64,000 nt of DNA from Chlorobaculum sp. (GCA_013334655.1 JAAXXD010000002.1:6319-70318); one strand, 5' to 3'; positions 9,875 through 22,700 are shown, numbered from the stretch's first letter. Notes: generated by a model not told the origin, from the letters alone. Numbers and translations: made by a program.

Positions 9875-10741
9875 GTGTTAACAAGGAAGACAACGGACGT
9901 GTCGAGCTTTTTCCGTTTTATCGCCAAACATACCGCATATCTCTATTTTCTGCTGTATTGCAGCATCTCGATCATGCTGATGCAGCTTCAGCGCAAGGAG
10001 ACGCTCGACGCCATCCGCGAGCGCGGTCTCTCCATCAACGCCGCTGTTTCCAAACAGTTTACCGATGCCACCGCCATTTTCACGCAGGAGCGGGACAACG
10101 AGCGGCTGTTCCTGCAGAATGCGCGGCTTTTCGCCCAGCTTGCCCGGCAGCAGACGGCGTTGCGCGACGCCAGCGACCAGCAAACCATCGTGGCGAATGC
10201 GCCGCCGTGGAGCGGACCGTTCAAGGTTGCGCGCGTGGTTGACCGGCGCTTCAGCGCGACCGACAACATGCTCATCATCGACGCCGGTTCGAGCCAGGGC
10301 GTCTCGAAGGAGATGGCCGTGCTGACGCCGGACGGGCTGGTTGGCCACGTGATCGAGGTGTCGGCCAACTACGCCAAGGTAATGCCGGTGATCAACCAGA
10401 ACTTTATGGTCAGCGTAGTTTCCGACAGCACCCGCGCCAACGGCCTGCTCTCCTGGCGCAACGGCCACGAACGGCTCGCCAAAATGGAGCATGTGCCTGT
10501 CAGCAGCCCGCTGCTTGTCGGCGAACGGGTGACCACCTCCGGTTTCAGTACCTTCGCCACCCGTGGCATTCCGGTCGGCCAGATCGTCCGCATCTCGAAA
10601 GACAAGCTTTTCTACAACGTCGATGTCCGGCTGGCGGTCGATTTTTCATCGCTCTCCTGGGTGCTGGTCTCCATGGCGAAACCCTCGATGGAAAAAATCG
10701 AGCTGATGGAGTCGCCGGACGCACCGGCAAAAGAGCAGTGA
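9875..10741 (+). CDS. mreC: rod shape-determining protein MreC (start uncertain)
   Basis: TM helix, coiled coil, IIDAGSSQGV...PDGLVG, VTTSG..F..GIPVG; upstream of mreD/mrdA. Confidence 0.9.
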   Translation: MLTRKTTDVSSFFRFIAKHTAYLYFLLYCSISIMLMQLQRKETLDAIRERGLSINAAVSKQFTDATAIFTQERDNERLFLQNARLFAQLARQQTALRDASDQQTIVANAPPWSGPFKVARVVDRRFSATDNMLIIDAGSSQGVSKEMAVLTPDGLVGHVIEVSANYAKVMPVINQNFMVSVVSDSTRANGLLSWRNGHERLAKMEHVPVSSPLLVGERVTTSGFSTFATRGIPVGQIVRISKDKLFYNVDVRLAVDFSSLSWVLVSMAKPSMEKIELMESPDAPAKEQ

Positions 10742-10796
10742 ACGACTCACTGATGACAAGGCAATCACCGGCAACAAACTGACAATCCGCCCTGAG

Positions 10797-11285
10797 TTGA
10801 AAAAGTATTTTCTCTATATAGCTATCGCGCTTATACTGGCGTTCGTACAGCGCTTCCTTTTCTCGAAGCTGCTCATCCTGCACGCCTCTCCCGACGTTCT
10901 GGCCATCTTCATCGCCTTCATCTCGGTGTCGGCGGGGCAGAGAACCGGCGTCAACTACGGCTTTGGTGCCGGGCTGGTCGCCGGGATGCTTTCGGGCAAC
11001 CTCGGCCTTTCGGCTCTCATAGGCACCGTGCAGGGGTTCGCGGCGGGCTTCTACCATGTGCCCGAGGAGAGCCATGCCACTTCGGTCAAGAAGAAGCGCA
11101 TGTTTTACGCCGCCTCGCTCACCGCGTTCATCGCGGGCAACCTGCTCCAGTCGATCATGCTCGATCCGCTCTCGCTTCCCCTCTATATCAGGATGCCGGA
11201 AACGGTGATTCTCGGCACCCTCATGAGCATGGCGCTGACTGTGCTCTTTTATCACTTCGCGCTGAAGAAACTGCTGAGGGATTGA
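10797..11285 (+). CDS. mreD: rod shape-determining protein MreD
   Basis: Hydrophobic 162 aa with PD motif, between mreC and PBP2. Confidence 0.8.
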   Translation: MKKYFLYIAIALILAFVQRFLFSKLLILHASPDVLAIFIAFISVSAGQRTGVNYGFGAGLVAGMLSGNLGLSALIGTVQGFAAGFYHVPEESHATSVKKKRMFYAASLTAFIAGNLLQSIMLDPLSLPLYIRMPETVILGTLMSMALTVLFYHFALKKLLRD

Positions 11286-11288
11286 GGT

Positions 11289-13184
11289 ATGGATGAATTT
11301 CGGCGCGGAATCAAACTGACCACGATTCTCATCGCAAGCGCCTTCCTGTGTCTCGCGGGACGGCTCGCCTGGCTCCAGCTTGCTGAAAACGACTCTATCG
11401 GTTCGAGATCGGGAAGCATCCGCAGAATCTGGGAGCAGGCGCCACGCGGCCACTTCATCGACCGCAACGGCGCGACCGTGCTCGAAAACCGGGCGCTCTA
11501 CACCCTGAAGATCATCCCGTCGTCCCTGCGCCCGTCGAGCATCCCGTATCTCGCTTATCTGCTTGAAATTCCGGTAGATGAGCTGAACGAGAAGGTTGCC
11601 GAGGCGAAGGATTACAGTCCGTTTGCCGTTTCGACCATCTACCGCGACCTGAACGAACTGGTCGTGGCGCGAATCAGCGAAAATCTCTGGCGTTTGCCTG
11701 GAGTGATCATTGAGATCGAGGACAAGCGCAAATACAGCGACCTGTTCCGCGGCACCCACATGTTCGGCTATCTGCGCGGTGTGAGCAAGGAGCAACTTGA
11801 TACGCTCGCCGAAAAGGGGTATATGCGGGATGACAAGATCGGCTTCACCGGCCTCGAACGCTTCTTCGAAGATGATCTACGGGGTGAGAAGGGGGCGCGG
11901 TACGAGCTGGTCAATCCCCTCGGAATGCTGGTCGGGCGGTATAACAACGGTAAGAGCGACATCTCCTCCGTCAAGGGCAATGACCTCTATCTCACCATCG
12001 ACGCGGGTCTCCAGCAGCTCGCCGAAAATCTGCTCCGTGCGACGGGCAAATCGGGCGCGGTGGTGGCCATCGATCCCTCGGATGGCGGCGTGCTTGCTTT
12101 GTGCAGTGAACCCGATTTCGACCTCGACATCCTCAACGGCAAGACCAGAAAAAACGAGTGGGCCGAGATCGCCCTCTCGCCTGAAAAGCCGCTCTTCAAC
12201 CGCGCCGTCCAGGCCGCCTATCCGCCCGGCTCCACCTACAAGATGGTGCTGGCGATAGCGGGACTCGAAGAGGGGGTCATCAGACCCAATGACACGATTT
12301 ACTGCACCGGCGGCTGGAACTACGGCGGACGTATTTTTCACTGCCACGGCGGTCAGGCGCACGGAACCGTCAATCTCAAGAAAGCGATCGTCGAGTCCTG
12401 TAATATCTACTTCTACCAGCTCATGCTCAGGGTTGGCCTGGCCAAGTGGGATGAGTATGGCAAGATGTTCGGATTCGGCGAGCGTTCGGGCATCGACCTG
12501 CCCGGCGAGCGGCGCGGTCTGTTGCCGACAGCTCAATATTACAACAAGCGGTACGGCGAGGGGCGCTGGACAAAAGGATACCTCGTCAGCCTCGGCATCG
12601 GTCAGGGCGAGCTTGGTGCGACGCCCTTGCAGCTCGCCAACTACGCCGCCACCATCGCCAACGACGGCAACTGGCACGAACCGCATCTTGTGAGGGGATA
12701 CCGCGACACGCGCACCGGCATCTATGTGCCGTTGCAGCACGCATCGAGAAGCCTTCCTGTCTCGAAGCAGACCTTCGGCATCATCAAGGAGGCGATGCAG
12801 GGCGTGGTGTTGCAGGGCACCGGTACGCTCGCGCAGGTGCCGGGGGTGACGGTGGCGGGCAAGACCGGCACGGCGCAGAACCCGCACGGGCAGGATCACG
12901 CCTGGTTCATCTGCTTCGCGCCGGTCGAGAACCCAAAGATCGCCATCGCGGTGCTGGTGGAGAACGCCGGATTCGGCGGCAGCATCTCCGCGCCGATCGC
13001 CCGCGAACTGATGAACTACTACATCAACGAGAAGAACAAGCCGCGTGACGCCACCACAGCGGTCAAGGCCATCGCGAAGGTCAAGGCGCTCAACGATTCG
13101 CTGAATTCCAAAAAGCCCACTACGAAAGCTCCAGCCGACTCGACCGGCACCGCGCCGCAGAACCTTCAGGAGGGAGGCGACTGA
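11289..13184 (+). CDS. mrdA: penicillin-binding protein 2
   Basis: APRG..DRNG, STYK (SxxK), SCN (SxN), KTGTAQ. Confidence 0.93.
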   Translation: MDEFRRGIKLTTILIASAFLCLAGRLAWLQLAENDSIGSRSGSIRRIWEQAPRGHFIDRNGATVLENRALYTLKIIPSSLRPSSIPYLAYLLEIPVDELNEKVAEAKDYSPFAVSTIYRDLNELVVARISENLWRLPGVIIEIEDKRKYSDLFRGTHMFGYLRGVSKEQLDTLAEKGYMRDDKIGFTGLERFFEDDLRGEKGARYELVNPLGMLVGRYNNGKSDISSVKGNDLYLTIDAGLQQLAENLLRATGKSGAVVAIDPSDGGVLALCSEPDFDLDILNGKTRKNEWAEIALSPEKPLFNRAVQAAYPPGSTYKMVLAIAGLEEGVIRPNDTIYCTGGWNYGGRIFHCHGGQAHGTVNLKKAIVESCNIYFYQLMLRVGLAKWDEYGKMFGFGERSGIDLPGERRGLLPTAQYYNKRYGEGRWTKGYLVSLGIGQGELGATPLQLANYAATIANDGNWHEPHLVRGYRDTRTGIYVPLQHASRSLPVSKQTFGIIKEAMQGVVLQGTGTLAQVPGVTVAGKTGTAQNPHGQDHAWFICFAPVENPKIAIAVLVENAGFGGSISAPIARELMNYYINEKNKPRDATTAVKAIAKVKALNDSLNSKKPTTKAPADSTGTAPQNLQEGGD

Positions 13185-14674
13185 TGAAGTTTAAAAGCGA
13201 ACCATTGGCCATCGCGGGCTTCCTCGAAGACACGAGCAACCTGAAGAATGGCTGGACGCCCGGCGTTTTCTTCCCCGATACGCCGGAGGAGGTCGCCTCG
13301 CTGTTGGCGAACGCGGCGACGGAGGGACGGCGCTATACCATCGCGGGAAACGGCACCGGCACCACCGGAGCGCGGATTCCTTTCGGCGATTACGTCATCG
13401 CCATGCAGAAACTCGACCGTATCGGCGAGGTGGAACCGGCAGGCGACGGGCAGGCGTGGCTGCGCGTGCAGCCCGGCGCGTTGTTGCAGGATGTGCAGGC
13501 GAAAGCGGCGGCGGCGGGCTGGTTCTATCCCCCCGACCCGACCGAGAAAACCTGCTTCATCGGCAGCACCATCTCGAACAACTCGACCGGCTCGCGCTCG
13601 CTGAAGTACGGCCCGACGCGCAACCACGTGCAGGCGCTGAAAATAGCGCTGCCGCAGGGCGACCTTCTCGACATCGAACGCGGACAGTACCTCGCCGACG
13701 CTGATGGACGATTCAGTCTCGACCTGTCGATTGCCGGACACATGACGTTCCGGCGTCCTGATTACGCGATGCCGCTTACCTCGAAGCACAACGCGGGCTA
13801 CTGGTCAACGCCGGAGATGGATTTGCTCGATCTCTTCATCGGCTCCGAGGGGACGCTCGGCGTCATCGTCGAAGCCACGCTGCTTTTGAGACCCGCGCCG
13901 GAGCGGGTCATCGCCTGCCTCGCCTGGTTTGAGAGCGAGGAGGAGTTGCTGACTTTCGTGTCCGAAGCGCGAGCCGGAAGCGGCGGCGTGTGTCCGCGAG
14001 CGCTTGAACTCTTCGACCGCCGGGCGCTGGAGTTTCTCCGCCAGAGCTATCCTGAAATCGCAACCGATACGGCAGGCGCGATTTACTTCGAGGAGGAGAC
14101 CACCGCCGAGGCTGAAGACGCCTGCCTCGAAGCGTGGCTCGGGCTGATGGAGCGGTGCGGCTCGCCGGTCGAGAAGAGCTGGGCAGCGCTCGACAGCGAG
14201 GGGTTGCAGAAGCTCCGCGACTTCCGCCACAAACTGCCGGTGCTGGTCAACGAGTGGCTCAGCCGCCAGTCGGAGAGCAAGGTGAGCACCGACATGGCGC
14301 TGCCCGACGAGCGCTTCGCCGAGCTGTTCCGGCTCTACCGCGACGCCTGCGACCGCGAAGGTTTTACCTACATCATCTTCGGCCACATCGGCAACGCCCA
14401 CCTGCACCTGAACATTCTGCCGCGCAACCGCGAGGAGTTCGACCGCGCCAAAGCGCTCTACCGCCAGCTCGTCTCGGAGGTGCTCGCGATGGGCGGCACG
14501 CTCTCGGCGGAGCACGGCATCGGCAAGCTCAAGAGCGAATATCTGGTTCAGATGTACGGCCACGAAGGAATCATGGAAATGGTGCGCGTAAAAAAAGCGC
14601 TCGACCCTTATCTTGTGCTCAACATCGGGAACATGATCCCGAAGGAGTATTATGAAGTGAGGCGGATGTCTTGA
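13184..14674 (+). CDS. FAD-linked oxidase (GlcD/D-lactate dehydrogenase family)
   Basis: GNGTGTTG, YPPDP, IGSEGTLG, GHIGNAHLH, AEHGIGKLK. Confidence 0.88.
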   Translation: MKFKSEPLAIAGFLEDTSNLKNGWTPGVFFPDTPEEVASLLANAATEGRRYTIAGNGTGTTGARIPFGDYVIAMQKLDRIGEVEPAGDGQAWLRVQPGALLQDVQAKAAAAGWFYPPDPTEKTCFIGSTISNNSTGSRSLKYGPTRNHVQALKIALPQGDLLDIERGQYLADADGRFSLDLSIAGHMTFRRPDYAMPLTSKHNAGYWSTPEMDLLDLFIGSEGTLGVIVEATLLLRPAPERVIACLAWFESEEELLTFVSEARAGSGGVCPRALELFDRRALEFLRQSYPEIATDTAGAIYFEEETTAEAEDACLEAWLGLMERCGSPVEKSWAALDSEGLQKLRDFRHKLPVLVNEWLSRQSESKVSTDMALPDERFAELFRLYRDACDREGFTYIIFGHIGNAHLHLNILPRNREEFDRAKALYRQLVSEVLAMGGTLSAEHGIGKLKSEYLVQMYGHEGIMEMVRVKKALDPYLVLNIGNMIPKEYYEVRRMS

Positions 14675-14677
14675 ACG

Positions 14678-14804
14678 CTGGGAGCGCCGTCCCGACAAGT
14701 CGGGACGGCATTTTCGTCATTGCGATCCCGACTTGTCGGGAGAAGCAATCCATACGTATATTCGGGAAGATGGATTGCCACGTCGCTTCGCTCCTCGCAA
14801 TGAC
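14678..14804. repeat. composite REP/REPIN-like palindromic repeat cluster
   Basis: CTGGGAGCGCCGTCCCGACAAGTCGGGACGGCA followed by the inverted pair GTCATTGCGA...GCAATCC / GGATTGC...CTCGCAATGAC. Confidence 0.7.
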
Positions 14805-14893
14805 GATAGACGACAATGCGATAAAGTCAGACAGGCTCCTAGGAAAATCACATCCTTACGCCATTATGAACACGAAACCAGAGAGATAATCCG

Positions 14894-15370
14894 TTGGCAA
14901 AAAAGCAGCAAGGCAAGCCGGAATACGTCACGGCGATCAGCAACCGGAAGGCGCGGTTCGAGTTTGAAATCTTCGATACCATCGAGGCAGGCATCGAATT
15001 GCTCGGCAGCGAGGTGAAGTCGGTGCGCCTCGGCAAGGCGAGCCTCAGCGAAAGCTACGCCATGATCCATCACGGCCAGGTGTGGCTCGAAAACATGCAG
15101 ATCACCCCATACGAACACAACACGCTCGACAAGCTCGAACCGAAACGCAGCCGTCGCTTGCTGCTCCACAAGCAGGAGATTATGCGTCTGCAATCGAAGA
15201 TCAACGAGAAGGGGCTGACGCTCATTCCGCTCAAGGCGTACTTCAACAAGCGCGGCGTGCTGAAGATCGAACTCGGCATCGCCCGCGGCAAGAAGCTCTA
15301 CGACAAGCGCGAAACGATCAAGAATCGCGACGCCGAGCGGCAGTTGCAGCAACTCAGAAAACAGTATTAA
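14894..15370 (+). CDS. smpB: SsrA-binding protein
   Basis: [44 protein letters not shown]. Confidence 0.97.
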   Translation: MAKKQQGKPEYVTAISNRKARFEFEIFDTIEAGIELLGSEVKSVRLGKASLSESYAMIHHGQVWLENMQITPYEHNTLDKLEPKRSRRLLLHKQEIMRLQSKINEKGLTLIPLKAYFNKRGVLKIELGIARGKKLYDKRETIKNRDAERQLQQLRKQY

Positions 15371-15529
15371 TTGATTCGGCCATTATCGGTTTCAACAATT
15401 GCCCCGGACTTCAGTCCGGGGTATACAGATACAGCAAAATAAACAGGGGCTTTAGCCCAATCTCTTACAACGGGGGCAATTACGATTGTTGGTTGCCGGA
15501 ATATTAACCAGACGACATTTTCATTCACC

Positions 15530-16750
15530 ATGCATTTTCCATCCGTCAGGGAACAGCTCGATATTATCGTCAACAACACCGTCGAGGTCATCAGCGCGGA
15601 CGAACTCGAAAAGAAACTCACTAAATCGCTCAAGACCGGCACGCCGCTGAAGATCAAGCTCGGCGCGGATCCGTCGCGGCCCGACCTGCATCTCGGCCAC
15701 TCGGTGGTGCTCCGCAAACTGCGTGAATTTCAGGATTTGGGCCACGAGGCGATTCTCATTATCGGTGACTTCACGGCCATGATCGGCGATCCCTCCGGCA
15801 AAAGCAAGACCCGCCCGCAGCTCACCGCCGAAGAGGCTCGGGAGAACGGCAAGAGCTACTTCGAGCAGGCGTCGAAGATTCTCGATTCCGAAAAAACCAC
15901 CATCTGCTACAACGCCGACTGGCTGGGCCGGATGCAGTTCGCCGACGTCATCCGCCTCTCCAGCCACTACACGGTGGCGCGAATGCTGGAGCGCGACGAC
16001 TTCGAGAAGCGCTACCGCTCGCAGACGCCCATCTCGATCCACGAGTTCCTCTACCCGCTCGCGCAGGGGATGGACTCGGTGCACCTGAAGAACGACGTGG
16101 AGCTTGGCGGCACCGACCAGAAGTTCAACCTGCTCGTCGGGCGCGACCTCCAGCGCGAGTACGGCATCGAGCCGCAGGTGTGCATCACCATGCCGCTGCT
16201 TGTCGGCACCGACGGCAGCGAAAAGATGTCCAAGTCACTCGGCAACGCCATCTGCTTCAACGACACGCCGGAGGATATGTACGGCCGCACGCTCTCGATC
16301 CCCGACACCTTGATCGAGACCTACTGGAACCTGCTCGTACCGCACCACACCAGCAACGGCACGGCCATCGCCGAACGGATCGCCGCCAATCCGCGCGAAA
16401 CCAAGCGCGAGCTTGCCCGCGAGGTGGTCGCCCAGTACTATTCGGTGGACGACGCACAGAAAGCGCAGGAGCACTTTGACCGGGTGATCGTCAACAAGCA
16501 GGCGCCAGACGACCTGCCAATCGTAGAGTTCGAGGAGAGTCCGATGCCAATCGTAGAGCTGCTCATGGCTCTCAAGGCATTTCCGACTAAAAGCGAAGCG
16601 CGGCGCATGATCCAGCAGGGCGCGGTGCAGGCGGGCGACATGAAGATCACTGACACCAACGCTGTGATCGGACTCGGTCCAGAACCTTTGATCATCCGCG
16701 CCGGAAAGCGCAAATTTTTTAAGGTGGCGAGCGCAAAAAAAACGTTTTGA
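15530..16750 (+). CDS. tyrS: tyrosine--tRNA ligase
   Basis: [18 protein letters not shown]-terminal S4 domain. Confidence 0.97.
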   Translation: MHFPSVREQLDIIVNNTVEVISADELEKKLTKSLKTGTPLKIKLGADPSRPDLHLGHSVVLRKLREFQDLGHEAILIIGDFTAMIGDPSGKSKTRPQLTAEEARENGKSYFEQASKILDSEKTTICYNADWLGRMQFADVIRLSSHYTVARMLERDDFEKRYRSQTPISIHEFLYPLAQGMDSVHLKNDVELGGTDQKFNLLVGRDLQREYGIEPQVCITMPLLVGTDGSEKMSKSLGNAICFNDTPEDMYGRTLSIPDTLIETYWNLLVPHHTSNGTAIAERIAANPRETKRELAREVVAQYYSVDDAQKAQEHFDRVIVNKQAPDDLPIVEFEESPMPIVELLMALKAFPTKSEARRMIQQGAVQAGDMKITDTNAVIGLGPEPLIIRAGKRKFFKVASAKKTF

Positions 16751-16819
16751 AAGCGTTCCGTTTTTCCTATAATTGCACAAACTAACGACTTCATCTAACC
16801 TCTATCCGGAGTTACCACA

Positions 16820-17365
16820 TTGTCATTCGTCCCGACAAAAGTATTCTTCACCAAGGGTGTCGGAAGGCACAAAGAGTACCTCTCCTCGTTCGAGCTTGCC
16901 CTGCGTGACGCAAAGATCGAAAAATGCAACCTGGTGACGGTTTCCAGCATCTTTCCTCCCAAGTGCGAGCGCATCAGCGTCGAAGAGGGGATCAAGCACC
17001 TTTCGCCGGGACAGATCACCTTCGCGGTCATGGCGCGTAACTCGACCAACGAGAACAACCGCCTCATCACCGCCTCGGTCGGCGTGGCCCTTCCGGCTGA
17101 CGACAGCCAGTACGGCTACCTCTCCGAGCACCATCCCTACGGCGAAACCGCCGAGCAGTCGGGCGAATACGCCGAGGATCTGGCCGCCACGATGCTGGCC
17201 ACCACGCTTGGCATCGAGTTCGATCCCAACAAGGACTGGGACGAGCGCGAGGGCATCTACAAAATGAGCGGCAAGATCGTCAACTCCTTCAACATCACCC
17301 AGTCCGCCGAGGGCGAAACCGGCATGTGGACGACCGTGATCTCCTGCGCGGTGCTGCTGCCGTAA
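16820..17365 (+). CDS. pdaD: pyruvoyl-dependent arginine decarboxylase
   Basis: [25 protein letters not shown] self-cleavage motif; GYLSEH. Confidence 0.88.
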   Translation: MSFVPTKVFFTKGVGRHKEYLSSFELALRDAKIEKCNLVTVSSIFPPKCERISVEEGIKHLSPGQITFAVMARNSTNENNRLITASVGVALPADDSQYGYLSEHHPYGETAEQSGEYAEDLAATMLATTLGIEFDPNKDWDEREGIYKMSGKIVNSFNITQSAEGETGMWTTVISCAVLLP

Positions 17366-17551
17366 CGGAACCATCGCTCATAGTTTGACCAGACCGGGAA
17401 TCGTCACGCGACAGATTCCCGGTTCTGTTTTCAGTCCGTCGCGGCGCGCGTCGTCCGGCTTGGTGATCCTTGTTTCCGGTTTCGATTGAGGATGGGAAAG
17501 GCTGACGGATAAGAGGGGGCACGGACTCGTTGTTCGTCGTGATGAATCCAT

Positions 17552-17671
17552 ATGGATTGCCGCGCCGATTTGCGGCTCGCAATGACGAAAAAACACATTG
17601 ATATGAAATCAGAACCCGCAAGCATTCCCTCGTCATCGCGAGTCCCGACTTGTCGGGGCGTGGCGATCCAT
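17552..17671. repeat. inverted pair of GGATTGC...CTCGCAATGAC-family repeats
   Basis: ATGGATTGCCGCG...CTCGCAATGAC ... GTCATCGCGAG...GGCGATCCAT. Confidence 0.7.
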
Positions 17672-17890
17672 CCCGATAGAGTGTATTGTTCAAGGTACAT
17701 GTGCGGTATCGGGCCGGGAAAGGGCGAGGACAGACTCGCTGTTCGTCGAGATGGAAAACGGGACAAGAGCAGCAATGGCCTGAAGTTGAGTTCGAAGTGA
17801 CTATATTACCGGTTGTTGCCGCGACGTCCGCGGAATACGCCACGATGGCGCGGTAACGCAGGGCAATCGTCAAATACGCCATACAGAAGC

Positions 17891-19486
17891 ATGACACAGG
17901 AAGTGAAAACCGATGTGCTGGTTATCGGCAGCGGCATCGGAGGGCTTTATTTCGCCATCAACATGGCCGACCACGCCACGGTCACGATCATCACCAAAAA
18001 AGAGAGTTCCACCTCCAATACCAACTGGGCGCAGGGCGGTATCGCGGCGACCATCGCCCGCGACGACACGCCGGAGCTGCACATCGCCGACACGCTTGAC
18101 GCGGGCGCGGGGCTGTGCGACGAGGCGATGGTGAGCATCCTCGTGCACGAAGGCCCCACGCATATCCGCCGCCTTATCGAACTTGGCGTGGAGTTCACGA
18201 CCGCCCCCGACCACTCGCTCGATCTCGGCAAGGAGGGCGGCCACTCGCGCAACCGCATCGTGCACGCCAAGGATCTGACGGGCCGCGAGGTCGAAACGGC
18301 GCTGCTCGCCCGCGTGAATGCGCATCCGAACATCACGCTCCTGGAGCACCACTACGCGCTCGAACTGATCACCGAGCACCACCTCGGCATCAAAACCAAC
18401 GACATCACCTGCTACGGCGCGTACGTGCTCGACACACTCAACCACAAGCCGAAGAAGATTCTGTCGAAGGTGACGATGGTCGCCTCGGGCGGGCTGGGCC
18501 ACGTCTACCTGCATACGACCAATCCCGACATCGCCACGGGTGACGGTGTCGCGATGGCTTACCGCGCCGGGGCGGAGATCGCCAACATGGAGTTCATCCA
18601 GTTCCATCCGACCTCGCTCTTCCACCCGAAAGCCAAGTCGTTCCTGATTTCGGAGGCGGTGCGCGGCTTCGGCGGCATCCTGCGCAACAAAGAGGGCGAA
18701 GCCTTCATGCAGCGCTACGACCGTCGCGAAAACCTCGCGCCGCGCGACATCGTGGCTCGCGCGATTGACTCGGAGATGAAGAAGAGCGGCGACGAGTGCG
18801 TCTTTCTCGACGTGACCCACATTGACGCCGAAAAGGTGAAGGAGCACTTCCCGCACATTTACGAGACCTGTCTGGAGTTCGGCATCGACATGACCGCCGA
18901 GATGATACCGGTGGTTCCGGCGGCGCACTACTCCTGCGGCGGCATCACGACCGACAACCGTGGCCGGAGCACCATCAACCGCCTCTACGCCTGCGGCGAG
19001 GCGAGCTGCACGGGCGTACACGGCGCGAACCGTCTGGCGAGCAATTCCCTGCTCGAAGCGCTCGTCTTTGCCTGGCGCTCCAGCGAGGACATCAAGGGCG
19101 AACTGAACGCCATCCATCACGAACGCGAGTTCCCCGACTGGGACGACTCCGGCACGTCGAACCCGGAGGAGTGGATACTCGTGGCGCACAACAAAAAAGA
19201 GACGCAGGCGATCATGAACGACTACGTGGGCATCGTGCGCAGCGACCTGCGTCTCGACCGCGCCCGCCGCCGCATCGATTTCCTGAAGGAGGAGACCGAG
19301 GCGTATTACAAAAAAACGAGGATCACCCCGCAGATCATCGAACTGCGCAACATCATCAAAGTGGCGAGCCTCGTCATTCAGAGCGCCATCAAACGCCGCG
19401 AATCACGCGGCCTGCACTACACCACCGACTTCCCGGAAAAGGACGACAAGCACTATCTGAAGGATACCGTGCTGCGGTCGTTTTAG
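17891..19486 (+). CDS. nadB: L-aspartate oxidase
   Basis: [55 protein letters not shown]. Confidence 0.95.
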   Translation: MTQEVKTDVLVIGSGIGGLYFAINMADHATVTIITKKESSTSNTNWAQGGIAATIARDDTPELHIADTLDAGAGLCDEAMVSILVHEGPTHIRRLIELGVEFTTAPDHSLDLGKEGGHSRNRIVHAKDLTGREVETALLARVNAHPNITLLEHHYALELITEHHLGIKTNDITCYGAYVLDTLNHKPKKILSKVTMVASGGLGHVYLHTTNPDIATGDGVAMAYRAGAEIANMEFIQFHPTSLFHPKAKSFLISEAVRGFGGILRNKEGEAFMQRYDRRENLAPRDIVARAIDSEMKKSGDECVFLDVTHIDAEKVKEHFPHIYETCLEFGIDMTAEMIPVVPAAHYSCGGITTDNRGRSTINRLYACGEASCTGVHGANRLASNSLLEALVFAWRSSEDIKGELNAIHHEREFPDWDDSGTSNPEEWILVAHNKKETQAIMNDYVGIVRSDLRLDRARRRIDFLKEETEAYYKKTRITPQIIELRNIIKVASLVIQSAIKRRESRGLHYTTDFPEKDDKHYLKDTVLRSF

Positions 19487-19554
19487 GCGGCGGGGAACTG
19501 GTCATTATGAGGCTGTCTCATAAGCAAAGATGCTGTCTCTTCTCTTTTTTATCT

Positions 19555-19704
19555 GGGAGCGCCGAGCGCCTGCTCGGCACCTTTTTGGCGATTAACTCTC
19601 TTGTTTACTTTAGATTAACTTGGTTTTGTGACATTCAAAAAGTTTGGCAAGCCGAATTATCTGGAGCCTTTGGCTCCATTGCCGAGCAGGCGCTCGGCGC
19701 TCCC
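19555..19704. repeat. REPIN-like element: perfect 25-bp inverted repeat around a 100-bp spacer
   Basis: GGGAGCGCCGAGCGCCTGCTCGGCA (19555-19579) / TGCCGAGCAGGCGCTCGGCGCTCCC (19680-19704); each arm is internally palindromic. Confidence 0.8.
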
Positions 19705-19774
19705 GGCTTAAGAGACAGCCGCACAGGATGAAGAGCGCTTTGGAAGCAACATCTTCCTGTACGACCACTATTTC

Positions 19775-22700
19775 CTACTGCTTCTCCGCCAGCTTCATCA
19801 GCTCCGGCAGCGGGGTCAGGCCCTTCAGCTCGGGCAGGTCAGCCGCCACCCAGTTGCGCGGCACCCAGCCGGGATCGGCAGTCGGCTCTTCGGCTTCATC
19901 GATATAGTGCAACTGCTCGGTTAAACTGCCTTTGCCGTCCCAGCGATTGTCGATGCGTGAGTATGAGAGCCAAGAGGTGTAATCGGCCGACAGGCACAAC
20001 ATTTCTTGCTTTAAGACGATGTTCCAGAGCCGTGCCGTTCCGTAAGTACCTCCGGTGAGGATGAAGTTTCCATCAGGGGAAAATGCACACGTGAGGATCG
20101 GGCGTTTTGATTCTCCTGCAATTCGCCAGATTTCTTCACCTGAGTCGATGCCCCAAAGTTGAGCGGTGCTGTTAGAGCCAGCAGTGAGAAGTGAGTTCCC
20201 GTCGGGCGAGAAAACGCAAGCGAGCATTGCGTCGCCGTGGCCTTTGAGCTGCCGAATTTCCCTGCCTGATGCGGTCTCCCAAAGGCGGGCGATGCCATCA
20301 TCGGCAGCGGTGACGAGAGTTTTCCCATCAGGCGCGAATTTACAGGCGCGAATCGAGCCGGAATAATGCTCGAATAATCGAATTGTTTCTCCTGAATGGG
20401 CGTTCCAGAGCCGTGCGGTGCTCTCTTTGCCGGAGGTTATGATCGTGTTGCCATCTGGTGAAAAGGCGCAAGAATAGATAGAACCGGAGTGCCCTTCAAA
20501 ACGCTGGATGAGCTTGCCTGAATGGCGATCCCAAAGCAGGGCGATACCGTCATTGTCAGCAGTGAGTACAGCGTTTCCGTTGGGAGAAAAAGCGCAGGTC
20601 AGAATCTCGGCGGAGTGTTCATTAAAAGAATGAATTTCTTTGCCCGATTGAACGTCCCAAAGAACAGCTAACTTGTCATCGCCAGCAGTGAGGATAACTG
20701 TGCCATCGGGTGAAAATTTGCATCCATAAATTCCAAAAGGGTGGCCTGAGAATTTCCGAACACGTTTACCGGAAGCAATATCCCATAAATGGGCACTGAT
20801 GTCTCCACCGGCGATGAGGATCAGGGTTCCATCAGGCGAGAAGGCGCAATCGTTAATATCATTGAATTGAGTATTGATACTGAGATTTTCGATGACAGGA
20901 TTTGTTGCATGATATCCGCTATTGTGCGGCAATCCCTTCGCTTTTGGCCACGTTGCTCCTGTGAGATTGACCGATGAAAGATTAGCATTGGTAACGTCTG
21001 CGCCGGCAAGTCTGGCACACTTCAGGTTTGTGCCTGAGAAATCTGCCCCATTTGCTTTGAGATGGCGAAGGTTTGCGCCCTCAACATTGGCGTTTTTGCA
21101 GCTAACACCTGACAGATCGATCTCTTGGGCTTCGATGTTCTGAGCAGAAACGTTGTTCAGGTTCGCTTCTTTAAGATGCGCATGTTTAAGTGATGCGGCA
21201 TCAAGCAAACAGTTCTCAAATGATGCTTTTCTGAGTTGAGCTGAGTCCAGATTGATGCCATTTAGGTGTGCACGGGAAAAGTCAATTTCTTCAGCATACA
21301 AGTGCATCAGTGAGACGATATACAGATTAGCACCTTGTAATTGCGCTTTTGGGGGAATGAGTTCTTGAAGAAATGGGACGAACCGTTTATCACTACTTCT
21401 GCTATAGGTTGCAAGCGCATTTTTACTCCGGGGATGAACGCGGTACAATGCCGTATTATATCCGATAAGCAGAGCATTCTCGGAAATTGTTGATCTGTAA
21501 GGGTTAGCGAGAATCGTCCGAATCGCAAGAGTCAGTTTGTCCGGGGTTGCTTTCTCCGATTCGACCAGTTCGAGAAAGAAATCGGTGGCTTCCTGATTGA
21601 CTCTTCCATATCCCAATACATCCGCGAAGCGATCATCCTTCAGCGCCCGGAACAGTGCGCGGGCGAAGAAGAATTCGAGGAAGCTTTTGTGGGAGAAGCG
21701 GTAGTAGCCGTCGGCGCTTCGGATGAGGAAGGCGGCGGTGCGCATTTCGAGATCGACCCGTTCGCTGTCGATAGTGCGGGAGAGCATCTGCTCCTTGCGC
21801 AGGAGCGCGGCGAGGTCGGCGTAGTGAATCTCGTTCTTCGGACGGCTCCAGAGTTCGCAGGCCATGCGTTCGAGCAGCTCCCTCATGTGATCCGGGTTAA
21901 CCTCGCCCTGGCTCAGCCGCACGGTGTTCAGCCAGCGGTTGGTGTAGGTGAGGTAGAGGTGCGCCGTCGTCACCTTGTCGCCCTGCTTGACGAGGTCGGG
22001 CAGCGAGGCGACGATCATGTCGAGCAACTGGGGGGTCGAGGCGATGTCGGAGAGGCCGTAGGTCTCTTCGATGAACTGCTCCGCCTTGTCGCCTTCGATC
22101 GTGCCGAGGCGCTTGTGCAGGTAGTCGGTGATCTGCGCTTTGGTGAAGACCGGCAGGGTGTCGATGGTGGCGTCGAAGGCGCGGGCGGCTTTGCCGAGGG
22201 GCGAATCGGATTCGAAAAGTTCGTCGCCACCCTCGACGGCGCGGCGGGCGCTTCTGGTGTCCCTGAAGAAGTGGCTGCGGGAGGTGATGAGCATCCGGTT
22301 GCCGCGAGCGGTGCGTCCGGCACTCGCCGTCGGGCGGGCGAGCTGGCGGAACTGCTCCTCGACGCTGCGTCCGGCCTGGGCGACCCCCATTTCGTCGAAG
22401 CTGTCGAGCAGGAGCACCACGCGCCCCGCTTCGAGCAGGTGCAGCACGATCTCGGGATTAAGCACCGCACGCAGTTCGGCTTCGAGATGCTCGCGGATCA
22501 GGCTTTCGAGCGAGATGGCGTTCGGGAAGTTACGCAGGTTGACGGCGATAGGCACGGGGCTTTCGGGATCGGTTTCGCACCTGCGGGCCAGCTCGTAGGC
22601 GAGCCGCTCGACGAGCGTGCTTTTGCCAGTGCCGTAGTCGCCGAGCACGAGCCACAACCGGCTGCCTGTGCCCGAAATCCAGTCGAGCGCGTGGGGCAGC

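Noticed and set aside
14619-14889. Short ORFs such as MSSIVIARSEATWQS (also 17552-17800, 42681-42980, 58592-58693)
   Set aside because: Translations of the GTCATTGCGAG palindromic repeat family.
14894-15530. tmRNA next to smpB, or a T-box before tyrS
   Set aside because: No tRNA-like ends, tag frame or T-box motif seen; the gap holds only a REP-like palindrome (~15398-15460).
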